Source of the DNA: a candidate division TM6 bacterium GW2011_GWF2_32_72
Lineage (GTDB): Bacteria > Babelota > Babeliae > Babelales > CAIQNR01
Assembly: GCA_945882015.1 (NCBI GenBank)
Contig: CAMCVM010000003.1
Span: 33,342-97,341, forward strand
Direction of reading: 5' to 3'
Length of the DNA stretch: 64,000 nt
Below, piece after piece: positions 35,200 to 44,115 of this stretch; the first letter of the stretch is position 1, and every line of letters starts with the position of its first letter. The notes beneath the pieces are model-generated. The model was not told the origin of the DNA. It saw only the letters and a list, made by a program, of their open reading frames with translations, and ran no database searches. The translations under genes and the position numbers were made by a program.

Positions 35200-37989
35200 T
35201 TATTGTAAAGCGACAACCCCTTTATTGCCGCCTGCAAAAATGGCACCTGTTGCTCCAATATTGCTGATCCAATAAAAGCGATCTTGTGTTTCTAAAGCAT
35301 TGTCAGCTTCAAACCCTGGTTCGGTATTGATATTCCAATCAGCAGTTCCCACGCGATAGGGTAAGCAATAGATATTATTCTGACGTCCATCTGAACTTGC
35401 AGGAATACCAATAAAAAATCTACGTGCTCCATCAGACCAGAAATATTTGGTTGGTACCACATCTGTTATGGTTGATCCATCAGTGCAAAATTGTGCATTG
35501 GGCATATCAGCAAGGGTGACAATATCAGAACTATTAATTTGACGCCATGAAGAGCGAGTATAAGTTTGTAACCCGAGCGCATCATCTGCCCAATGGCTTG
35601 CCCATACGGTTGATTCATAACGATTGTGAGTCGGTCCAGTTAAAAAATCATAAACATTTTCATCAGTTGCAGGGTTAGTCACTTGTGTCCAGGTTGCTTC
35701 TGTCTGAGTAGTGTCAGCATTGACTGCTGCAGCAGAACGATAGAGTCCATCATTGGTTGCAAGTAACAGTTTATCCGTTGAATTGTCAGCAGCGGACGGC
35801 ATAGGGAATATATCATAGAATAAAGTAGCAGTGCTCAAATCAGAAGCGGTTCCTAATCCAGTTCCAGATGATGCAATTAAAACAGTATCGCGAATTAAGT
35901 CTGTAATGTCTTCAGCGATTTCAATTCTATAAACTCTGTCAACAATGGTAGTATTGTTTCTGTCTAAATCACGGGTTAAAACATAGATCTGATTTTTAGT
36001 ACTTTTAATCTGTTTAACTTCACCAGAAATTGCAGTAATTTTTTGCCAAGAATAGGTTGTGGTATCAAATGGTACTGCGTTTAAATCCGCATAATTGGCT
36101 GAGTCAAATCCAGCTCCATTCGCAGTCAAGGCCCAGGCATACAATCCATTTTTGGTTCCAGCTAAAAAATAACCATTAGTCCCACCGCCTGCTCCTTTTG
36201 AATAACCAAGTGCAGTTACCGGTGCAGTTTCATTGGTAATTTGCGTAACCAGATAGGCGGTTGCTGCAGTAAAGTCAGAAGTTTCAGATTGGACTCCAAG
36301 AAATGCATTAGTTGCTGAAGTGCTTGTTTTAACAAAGACAACTTTTCCAGCCGCTCCACCAAAATAGGCATAACGTCTTGCTGCAGTGCTGGTGTCTCCA
36401 AAATTCACCGTTGATTGATTTAAATCATAAAAAGAAAAGCATCCGCTAGAAAGTAAGCTATTCAGTTGAGCAACTAATGAAGTTGTACCAGCTCCAGTTG
36501 TAGTCCACTCTGTCTTTTTAATCACGGTGCCACTTATTGTTACACCCCAGATATCACCGGTTGTTGCGTCAACTGCTATTTTTTTTGTTGAACCATCGGT
36601 TGCAGAATTTCCCAAACTAAACGGTGCAGCTTTTGCCCAATCGGTCCAGCGAGCAATTTTACCCAAGTCATTAAAAACTGCTTGTGAAAAATAAACACCT
36701 GGGGCATTGGTTGCTCCAACGGTATCGCTTGAAATTGCGCAATAAACCGCATCACCGACAACGTGCATATCAGAAACATAAATGTCTGCGTCATTTGCAA
36801 CTATAGGTAATACTCCACCACCAACTAAGGCAGAAGCAGTAGTTTTTGTGGCAAGATGTTCTGCAGCAGAGGCTTGGACATTAAAATGGCTGACCGTATC
36901 AAAGGTATTTGCGCGTGCCAACGTTCCATCGATATCGGTACCATTTCCCGAAACTAAGGGAACTGCATAGACTTCATTGCGAGTATTTGCGTCAGCTGAA
37001 CCACTTCCATTAACAATTAAATAATAAAAACCAGTTGAAGTTTTCATAACTGCCAATTTGCGTAATGCAACAACATCTTGTCGCCCTTTAAAACCAACAA
37101 TTCGTGTATTGTCATTCATTGACATTGCCTGATTTGCACACTGATTTAATTTGGTCAGCGTATTATTGTCAGGGTCAACTTTAAAGATTGCAACACCAAA
37201 AGCTCTGTCATTTTCATCAACGTTTTCACCGGTCATTTGTGCTGAAACATAGAGCCGTTTTAAATCGTCATTGTAAATCATATCAAAAAAAGGGCCCGGG
37301 ACAGAATTTGCTGTAATACCAAAAATAGCGCTTGCTTCCGTTGCATCAACATTAACGGCTTTTGGAGTGTTAGTGGTTCCATTGCTTGCGTCATAATACG
37401 TAAAGGTTGGAGTGGTTGCGCGATTTATGCGTACTAATGCAAGTCCATCATGTGCATCTTCGCCAAAATTATTATCGACTTGTCCGTTATCTTTAACCGC
37501 TACAATAACATGTGTTGGCGTAGCAACAAGACCAAGGATTTCTCCTGTTGTGTCTCCATTTTCATCCTTAATCGCCGCACTTGCTGCATAACTAGTACCT
37601 GCATAATCAATTACTTTAAAGATAGTTGAGCTGACCGTTGCATCATCTTCTGCAGTAAATACCAAATATGGTTGTGTTGGTAATGTTGCACTCTGTGAAA
37701 GGGACAGGTTACCAATATATTTACCCGTTACTGCTGCATTGCTGCCAATTGCAGCAAATGTCGGTTCTTGATTAAACCAATCATGGGTTACTTTTGAAAG
37801 AGCATAACTACCAGCGCCATTGGTTAAACCAACAAACCAGGTTTGTGATGGCCGATGGAAAGCGCTTGAAACTAAAGCGGTGGTAAAGGTTGTATTTGCG
37901 GTGGTTGAGTTGCCGTTTGCAATCACGACCGGATTGGTTTTTTGTATGGAACTGACAAAACATAACAGTAAAAATTTATTAAACTTCAT
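35200..37989 (-). CDS. large secreted Thr/Ala/Gly/Asn-rich surface protein, paralog of 41272-44094 (beta-propeller-like, family not recognised)
   Basis: 929 aa with a signal-like N-terminus and an AAGGA RBS. It shares long blocks with the 940-aa paralog (VYAVPLV.G.GTD.DGT, ARW..WAKAAP, GLYAWA, WQ.IT.I.G..K.IKS, LLATNDGLYRS, W.DG.RRF.I, YRVG.A.WNI). Confidence 0.8.
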   Translation of the reverse strand: MKFNKFLLLCFVSSIQKTNPVVIANGNSTTANTTFTTALVSSAFHRPSQTWFVGLTNGAGSYALSKVTHDWFNQEPTFAAIGSNAAVTGKYIGNLSLSQSATLPTQPYLVFTAEDDATVSSTIFKVIDYAGTSYAASAAIKDENGDTTGEILGLVATPTHVIVAVKDNGQVDNNFGEDAHDGLALVRINRATTPTFTYYDASNGTTNTPKAVNVDATEASAIFGITANSVPGPFFDMIYNDDLKRLYVSAQMTGENVDENDRAFGVAIFKVDPDNNTLTKLNQCANQAMSMNDNTRIVGFKGRQDVVALRKLAVMKTSTGFYYLIVNGSGSADANTRNEVYAVPLVSGNGTDIDGTLARANTFDTVSHFNVQASAAEHLATKTTASALVGGGVLPIVANDADIYVSDMHVVGDAVYCAISSDTVGATNAPGVYFSQAVFNDLGKIARWTDWAKAAPFSLGNSATDGSTKKIAVDATTGDIWGVTISGTVIKKTEWTTTGAGTTSLVAQLNSLLSSGCFSFYDLNQSTVNFGDTSTAARRYAYFGGAAGKVVFVKTSTSATNAFLGVQSETSDFTAATAYLVTQITNETAPVTALGYSKGAGGGTNGYFLAGTKNGLYAWALTANGAGFDSANYADLNAVPFDTTTYSWQKITAISGEVKQIKSTKNQIYVLTRDLDRNNTTIVDRVYRIEIAEDITDLIRDTVLIASSGTGLGTASDLSTATLFYDIFPMPSAADNSTDKLLLATNDGLYRSAAAVNADTTQTEATWTQVTNPATDENVYDFLTGPTHNRYESTVWASHWADDALGLQTYTRSSWRQINSSDIVTLADMPNAQFCTDGSTITDVVPTKYFWSDGARRFFIGIPASSDGRQNNIYCLPYRVGTADWNINTEPGFEADNALETQDRFYWISNIGATGAIFAGGNKGVVALQ

Positions 37990-38001
37990 AATTTATATCC
38001 T

Positions 38002-38048
38002 TTTTTAAGATAGTAACTATGATAGTCCGACGTTTATAATGTTGCAAG
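38002..38048 (-). promoter_or_regulatory. sigma70-like promoter of the 929-aa gene; copy 1 of a 47-bp direct repeat
   Basis: The minus strand reads TTGCAA(38047-38042)-17 nt-TATCAT(38024-38019), about 30 nt upstream of ATG 37989. It matches 38767-38813 at 46 of 47 positions. Confidence 0.6.
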
Positions 38049-38064
38049 GTTATGCAAAAGAGAA

Positions 38065-38451
38065 TCAATTTTTATTTTTTTGTAATACTTCAATAAGCTC
38101 ACTAAATGCTTTCTTGAATGATGGGAGTAAGATGATCAATTTACTGATTGCGTTATCCATATAAGTATGAGATGTCATATTACGCATATCTAAAAAATCA
38201 AACCATAATTGCGGTTCAATATTAAATTTTTCAGCAGATTTCCTAAAAACTTCTCTTGGGCTTTTTGTTTCAATTCCTTCATGAAGTAAGGCTCTTTTGA
38301 GGGCTTTCCAACTTAATTCATAGCAATATTCAAATGCTTTTATAACGGCCGTTTCTTCTGCTTCATTCTGCATTTTTGAGAATTGTAGTAATTTTTTTTC
38401 TGCTTTAATCAGTTGTTCAATATTAACTTTTTCATAATTTTCTTTATTCAT
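38065..38451 (-). CDS. hepT: HEPN-domain toxin, nucleotidyltransferase substrate-binding (HI0074/HepT) family
   Basis: 128 aa and helical, with the Rx4-6H HEPN motif in DMRNMTSHTY. It overlaps the upstream NTase gene by 8 nt. Confidence 0.8.
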   Translation of the reverse strand: MNKENYEKVNIEQLIKAEKKLLQFSKMQNEAEETAVIKAFEYCYELSWKALKRALLHEGIETKSPREVFRKSAEKFNIEPQLWFDFLDMRNMTSHTYMDNAISKLIILLPSFKKAFSELIEVLQKNKN

Positions 38452-38752
38452 TTTCTATTCCTAGATTTTTTTTATTAAGCAGTACTAGATCTTTTTCAAT
38501 ACTGGCAACGAATTTCGGATCACAACGTTCTTGTATTACAACGTCAACCGTAAATGGTAAATAAGATTCTTCAAAAGCATCGTTAATATAAAACGATTCT
38601 AAATTGGTGACTGGCTCTTTAATGAATAAATCTAAATCAGAAAATTTACGGCATTTACCGGTTACCCGGGATCCAAATGCGTAAAAGGTAAAGGGAAACT
38701 GTTTAATAATTTCCCAAACTATTTTTTTATCTTTTTCTTCCATATAAATCAT
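38444..38752 (-). CDS. mntA: minimal nucleotidyltransferase antitoxin (MNT/MntA, HI0073 family)
   Basis: 102 aa. The pol-beta NTase motif is AFGSRVTGKCRKFSDLDLF (GS-x9-12-DxD). It is paired with a HEPN gene. Confidence 0.8.
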   Translation of the reverse strand: MIYMEEKDKKIVWEIIKQFPFTFYAFGSRVTGKCRKFSDLDLFIKEPVTNLESFYINDAFEESYLPFTVDVVIQERCDPKFVASIEKDLVLLNKKNLGIENE

Positions 38753-38766
38753 AGAGGCTTACTTTC

Positions 38767-38813
38767 TTTTTAAGATAGTAACTATGATAGTCAGACGTTT
38801 ATAATGTTGCAAG
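38767..38813 (-). promoter_or_regulatory. copy 2 of the 47-bp repeat; likely promoter of the mntA-hepT operon
   Basis: It carries the same TTGCAA(38812-38807)-17 nt-TATCAT(38789-38784) arrangement, about 30 nt upstream of the mntA start. Confidence 0.55.
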
Positions 38814-38943
38814 TATACTGAAAAAAGAGAAGCTTAATTTTAAAAAAATAAGCTTAAAATCTAATTATTCTTGTTACTGAGTTATCTATTTTGTTATAAT
38901 CAGAAGCGTATCAAGGTAAATCAGAATCAAAAAGGAGGTTTTT

Positions 38944-39804
38944 ATGAAAAATATATCTAATAATTTGTATTTTTATTTACTCTTATTTATTTCAACAATA
39001 AGCAAGGCTGATGGTCCTTCTAAGGCTTTAGAGCTTATGCAAGCTATAGTAGATAATAATTATCCCGATTACGTTATTCCAATCGATCAAGCAATAATAC
39101 CTGATTTGCCATATCAACTTAAAATGGTTCAACAGAATTTACTTGATAATAATCCTGAAAAAGCACATCATAATCTCCGTTTTTTATTACGTGATCCAAA
39201 CAAAATTCCAGGTTTTATAAAATGTGCTAATTTTTATCAAAAAGTAACAGATTATGCAAGCGGAGGAAGATTGACAGGTGTAAAGATTTTTGATGAAAGA
39301 ATTGAACAATTTTTCGTAAAGCTTTTTGAGGCGATTGTCACTTATGGGAATCAGCAAGAATTTTTATTGGTAGCAGATGATTTATTTCATGGACATGTAA
39401 TTTTATTGCATGATAAAGTAACTAACTTTTCTGATATTATAATTGTATTTCATGCTAAAGAATTTCCTGCTGATTTGCCTGAAGCGGGAGGATTTAAAAG
39501 TAGAGCTGCTTCTCCTGTTAATTTTAATATGAAAGATGACACAGCATTTAATAAAAGAAATTTTATTTATTCATTGCGTTCTCATGCATTAATTAATTTG
39601 CAAAAAAATCCTTTAAGTCCAGACTATAAAAGCTATAAAGAGCTCATTACTGAATATGATCCATATTCAGACCTTAGAGTTAATACGGTAAGAGAGCATT
39701 ATTTTGGGCAACCATTATTTGATATTAACTATTTTCCTAATTTACATGGATTTGCAAAGAATGTTCCTGACCCACAAAGATGTCCCGTTTTATTTGCTTA
39801 TTAA
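38944..39804 (+). CDS. hypothetical secreted protein
   Basis: 286 aa with a strong AAGGAGG RBS and signal-like N-terminus YFYLLLFISTISKA. No family was recognised. Confidence 0.65.
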   Translation: MKNISNNLYFYLLLFISTISKADGPSKALELMQAIVDNNYPDYVIPIDQAIIPDLPYQLKMVQQNLLDNNPEKAHHNLRFLLRDPNKIPGFIKCANFYQKVTDYASGGRLTGVKIFDERIEQFFVKLFEAIVTYGNQQEFLLVADDLFHGHVILLHDKVTNFSDIIIVFHAKEFPADLPEAGGFKSRAASPVNFNMKDDTAFNKRNFIYSLRSHALINLQKNPLSPDYKSYKELITEYDPYSDLRVNTVREHYFGQPLFDINYFPNLHGFAKNVPDPQRCPVLFAY

Positions 39805-39830
39805 AAATAAGATCACTCAGGATGATATAC

Positions 39831-41081
39831 TTAGAAATCAGACGTAATTGAAAATCCGACCGATCCGGTAACAGTGTGGTTTTCAAATGCTCTTCGTGCT
39901 CTGACAACATGATTGTAACCAATACCAAACTTTGGGTGAATTCTACGTTCTTGCGAGTTTGCAAAATCAAATTCTGCGCCAACATGTACCACATGCATTG
40001 ACCAATCTTTGAGCATGCTGTCTTGGTTAATCACAGAACCTGGATAAAGTGCATTGTTTTTTGCAACCAGGCTGTCATTACCTTTGTGACTATAGGTGTA
40101 GCCGGTATATAATACAGCAGCACCATATTCTATTTTAAAGTGTCCGCCAACTTCATATAAATTACCCATTGTTTTACTGACGTGTGTTTTTGCAAGTTTG
40201 ATAAAACCATTTTGGCCCAGTGCAGATTGAATGCGTTGTAATGAACTGCGTTTAAACAAAAATGTTTCCTGTAAATGGAACCCAAATGAATAATATGAAG
40301 CAAACCCAAATGCCATATCAAAGCCCAGAAAGACTCCTTTATGTTTGTCATAACCAGGAGCAACAGAAAACGCATAATCTTGATCTTTTGCTGCAGCGGT
40401 GCCAAGTAATGCACCAACCTTAAGTGTCGCATCAAGATAATCTAAGTTATCAAGCGTGTCGGTGCTACGGGTCCATCCAGCAAAGACAGAAACATCACCA
40501 ATCCCTTTGATGCTGTGTCCTTGTCTGCTTAAATTGCTGTCAGCTAAAATAGTATCAAACAAGGCAAAAAATTGGTTCCATTCCGCATCGCGGTCAACTT
40601 CTGCAGTCAAATCAACAAAGGTTGGAGTTTTGATCTCAATTTTATAAAAAGGAATGGTTGAGCCAATAAAAAATTCATCAGTCAGATTCAGCCCAACTGA
40701 AATGGCACCACCTGAATAACAACATTTGCCGGTAAAAGCTAACGTTGCATAATTTTGATCTTCTGTAGTTGGAGTATGACGCCACAACGTATCAAGAACA
40801 TCTTGGCTTATTGCTGATAGGTTTTGATTTTCAACATTTTTACCAATTTGATGCATTTTGTGATTGCCATAAATGCCTAAAACATTCACGCTTTTTCCAT
40901 CACCATCTTTACCTTTGGTGGTGTTGCCATGTCCTCCGAAAGCATCGATGGTTAATAAGCCTTTGCGCTCATAACGTGTTCCAAAGGGATACTGGTGTGC
41001 CGTATAAAAATGTGAATGGGCATAAAAGGTGTGTGGTAACAGAATCAATAAACTGAGTAATTTGAGTTTGTCAGATAACAT
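39831..41081 (-). CDS. outer-membrane beta-barrel protein (porin-like), paralog of 44116-45381
   Basis: About 416 aa from ATG 41081 (AAGGAA RBS). It has a signal peptide and alternating amphipathic beta-strand pattern. The C-terminus ends SVGFSITSDF, with the terminal aromatic Phe typical of OMPs. Confidence 0.7.
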   Translation of the reverse strand: MLSDKLKLLSLLILLPHTFYAHSHFYTAHQYPFGTRYERKGLLTIDAFGGHGNTTKGKDGDGKSVNVLGIYGNHKMHQIGKNVENQNLSAISQDVLDTLWRHTPTTEDQNYATLAFTGKCCYSGGAISVGLNLTDEFFIGSTIPFYKIEIKTPTFVDLTAEVDRDAEWNQFFALFDTILADSNLSRQGHSIKGIGDVSVFAGWTRSTDTLDNLDYLDATLKVGALLGTAAAKDQDYAFSVAPGYDKHKGVFLGFDMAFGFASYYSFGFHLQETFLFKRSSLQRIQSALGQNGFIKLAKTHVSKTMGNLYEVGGHFKIEYGAAVLYTGYTYSHKGNDSLVAKNNALYPGSVINQDSMLKDWSMHVVHVGAEFDFANSQERRIHPKFGIGYNHVVRARRAFENHTVTGSVGFSITSDF

Positions 41082-41220
41082 CACAATTTCCTTTTGCTTG
41101 AAGAGTAGTTGTTTCTAAGCGTTACCTAGTCTGACAAAAAAGTAAAGAGTCAAGATGTTTATAAAGAATAAACAAACATCTTAATCCGCCGAAGGTAAAA
41201 ACGAAGGAGGGTAGGGTAAT

Positions 41221-41250
41221 AAAAAAGGCGAGCCGGAGCCCGCCTTTTTT
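41221..41250. terminator. rho-independent terminator after the 940-aa gene (bidirectional)
   Basis: AAAAAA-GGCGAGC-cgga-GCCCGCC-TTTTTT, 22 nt beyond the stop at 41272. Confidence 0.75.
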
Positions 41251-41271
41251 ATTTGTATATCGTAAGTTGTT

Positions 41272-44094
41272 TTACAGTAGAACAATGCCAGTGCTTGTAC
41301 CAACTGCAATATGTCCATCAGGTAGTTGATTGATGCAGTACAGGGTTTTATTTGCTAATGCTGAAGCTGATACTTTCTCAACAGGGTCAGTAATATTCCA
41401 ATTTGCTGCACCTACTCTATATGGCCAAATGTAAAGCCCGGTTGTACCTGTTGAATCTTCAGGAGTTGCAATCATAAAGCGACGTACACCGTCAGTCCAG
41501 TAATCAAGAATTCTCTTAGCTCTTAAGAAGGTTGTTGTGCTATCAGAAAGATAATGACTAAATGGTAATGATGTTACCACATTATTACCTGTTGCGCCAT
41601 TATCATCATCTGAACAAATAAATTGATCTAAATCACGGAAATTATATGTTCTGGTATTACTACTATTATCTTTAAGTGAAACTGCTTGGAGTGTTGTAGT
41701 TAAGTTAGTTTTGCCTTTTGAGAAAATACCAGTAAACATTTGCCCTCTTGTATCCTTATTTCCGACTTTTTCACCAATCGGTGTCCATAGAGCAGTTGCT
41801 TGGGAAGTTGCACCAGCTATACCAAGAACGTCGTCAGTTTTTGATTGGTAAAGGCCATTATTAGTCGCTAAAATTACTTGTGAACCTGTGCCAGCTGTTA
41901 AACCATTGATGATTTCAAAATCAAGGATTTGAGTAGCAAGTGTTAAATCACTGCTGGTTGCTGAAACACCAGATTGAGCAACCACTACAGTACCGGTAAT
42001 TAATGTACCAACAGTAGTAGCATTAGTTGCTAGCATATACAGTGTATCAACTATCGTAGAGTCTGTTCCAATATCACGAGCAAGTATAAAGGTTCCAGCA
42101 TCAGATGATTTAATCTTCTTAATATGACCAGTAATACTGGTAATAGCTTGCCAAGTATTTGCATTAGCAAAGAAGCCATCATTTAAATTGGTAAGAAGTT
42201 CTGCTACCCCTGAGTTTAATTCAGCACCTTCTCCATCTGCTGTATTTGCATACGCATAAAGGCCCTCTGTTGTTCCAGCTAAGAAAAAGAAAGCTTTCGC
42301 GGTTGTAGTATGAAGAGTTCCACCAAGTGCTGTTACATAACCCGCACCAGAAGGTAAGGTTGTGGCTAAGAAATTTATAGCAGCAGAATAATCAGTAATA
42401 GCTGTTTCATCAATCGAATATGTTCCAGCTGGATCATCTTCAGCAGATGTTCTTGTTTGGACAGTAAAGACTACTTTTTCTTTACCACCAAACACTGCCA
42501 TACGCGAAATAACCTGAGCACCCCAATTAACGGTTGTTCTGTCAAATACAGCCATTGCGGTACAGCCATCAGTTGCTAATTGTGCGTTAACAGCTCCAGC
42601 AAGTTCTGTAGCGCCTGTTTGATCTCCCCAGGTAGTAACTTTTACAGTAGAAAGAGCATTACCTACTATTGCCCATACTTTACCACTACGCGGATCAACT
42701 TTAAAATCATGTACGTCGCCATCAGCTGTTCCTGTTCCGATTGCGTTTGGAGCAGCTTTTGCCCAGCGTGACCAACGAATTATTTTACCGTTTTCATTAA
42801 ATTCTGGAGTTGAATAAAAAATACCAGCTTCATCGCCATTAGCATGACCTAGAACGCTTGATGAGACGTATACTGTATCACCAATTACTTGCATTCTTGT
42901 TAGTGTATCAGCTGTGAAGGGCAGTTTAACAGTTCCAACAATAGCATGAGCATCAGTATTAAGTGGAATATCTGTCGCACCGCTTGCTTGAATGTTAAAA
43001 GTAGGGGTATTTAATTCACTTTTAGCAAAAGTACCATCAGCATCCGTTCCAAGTCCTTTAACTAGTGGTAAAGCATAAACTTGATCTCTTAAATCAGCAC
43101 CAGCAGCTCCTGAGCCACCATTAATAATTAAGTATGCGTGTCCGGTTGAAGTATGCATGACTCCTAAATTATATGCTTTTGCAACTCTTGCCGCAGGAAC
43201 AGCAGATGCAGCAGCAAAAACAATTCTTGTTGCAACATCTCCAGTATCAAAAGCAGCTGTATTAGCAACAGTTGCTAATACGGTTAAGTTACCAGCAGCA
43301 TTAGTTGTTTTTGCAACTAATGTACTAATAGCAATATCTCCCGCTGTGCCGCCTGAAGTTACTTGTCCCCCAATATACAGTCGAGATAAAGTTTCATCCC
43401 AATGAAGAACAGGGTCTTGATTTGCTGTTAAAACTGCAGTTGCAGTTTTTCCATGAGATGTTCCAAGAGGTGCTGCTGTAGCTATTATTGCAGCAGAGTT
43501 AGAAGCTCCAGGAATAGTTAAAGCAGTTTGATCAGTAATTGCTATGACGTTAATACCACGGCCTGCAGTAGCCCAGTTAGTGCTAGCTGTAACAGCTGTT
43601 GCTGCAAAAATAGCAGAACCATTAGCTGCTAATGCTCTTATACCGTTAGCTGCAATATCGGCTCCAGCAATATCTTTTAAAGTAGCGTTTGTTCTTTCAT
43701 CTACTGTGCCGTCTGCACTTTGGATACATACTCTTGTAGTATTAGTTGTGTCTTCTACAAAAGCAAGACGAATAGCATTAGTTGTTGGGTGGTATGATGG
43801 TGCCATTAAACGAATACTAACGTTTGTTGCAAGTCCAGATGCAACACCAGTTTGAGTTGGCGTTGTACCATCATTAGTATGAGCAGAAATTTTGGTAATA
43901 TTATTTAGATCTGCTGCACCAGCTGCAGCTGTTCCAATATAAAGATCACCAGTTGTTCTATCAAGTACCATCGTATTTGTACCAGTGGTAATTGCAGTAT
44001 CAAGGGTTACCGAATCAGGGGCGCATTGTATAAACGGCATAGCTAGGAAACTGCTTAAAAGCAGTCCTAACTTAAACGTTCTGAATGTTTTCAT
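41272..44094 (-). CDS. large secreted Thr/Ala/Gly-rich surface protein, paralog of 35200-37989
   Basis: 940 aa with a signal peptide and an AAGGAA RBS. It starts 21 nt after the upstream OMP gene stop, so it is probably co-transcribed. Conserved blocks are listed under the 929-aa paralog. Confidence 0.8.
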   Translation of the reverse strand: MKTFRTFKLGLLLSSFLAMPFIQCAPDSVTLDTAITTGTNTMVLDRTTGDLYIGTAAAGAADLNNITKISAHTNDGTTPTQTGVASGLATNVSIRLMAPSYHPTTNAIRLAFVEDTTNTTRVCIQSADGTVDERTNATLKDIAGADIAANGIRALAANGSAIFAATAVTASTNWATAGRGINVIAITDQTALTIPGASNSAAIIATAAPLGTSHGKTATAVLTANQDPVLHWDETLSRLYIGGQVTSGGTAGDIAISTLVAKTTNAAGNLTVLATVANTAAFDTGDVATRIVFAAASAVPAARVAKAYNLGVMHTSTGHAYLIINGGSGAAGADLRDQVYALPLVKGLGTDADGTFAKSELNTPTFNIQASGATDIPLNTDAHAIVGTVKLPFTADTLTRMQVIGDTVYVSSSVLGHANGDEAGIFYSTPEFNENGKIIRWSRWAKAAPNAIGTGTADGDVHDFKVDPRSGKVWAIVGNALSTVKVTTWGDQTGATELAGAVNAQLATDGCTAMAVFDRTTVNWGAQVISRMAVFGGKEKVVFTVQTRTSAEDDPAGTYSIDETAITDYSAAINFLATTLPSGAGYVTALGGTLHTTTAKAFFFLAGTTEGLYAYANTADGEGAELNSGVAELLTNLNDGFFANANTWQAITSITGHIKKIKSSDAGTFILARDIGTDSTIVDTLYMLATNATTVGTLITGTVVVAQSGVSATSSDLTLATQILDFEIINGLTAGTGSQVILATNNGLYQSKTDDVLGIAGATSQATALWTPIGEKVGNKDTRGQMFTGIFSKGKTNLTTTLQAVSLKDNSSNTRTYNFRDLDQFICSDDDNGATGNNVVTSLPFSHYLSDSTTTFLRAKRILDYWTDGVRRFMIATPEDSTGTTGLYIWPYRVGAANWNITDPVEKVSASALANKTLYCINQLPDGHIAVGTSTGIVLL

Positions 44095-44115
44095 AATTAT
44101 ATTCCTTTTTTTAAA

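Noticed and set aside
42580-43855. Plus-strand ORFs (63, 82 and 103 aa) inside the 940-aa surface-protein gene. Similar ORFs occur inside the 929-aa gene.
   Set aside because: They are antisense to a long paralog-supported ORF. Their Ala/Val-rich composition is the complement of the Thr/Ala/Gly-rich coding strand.
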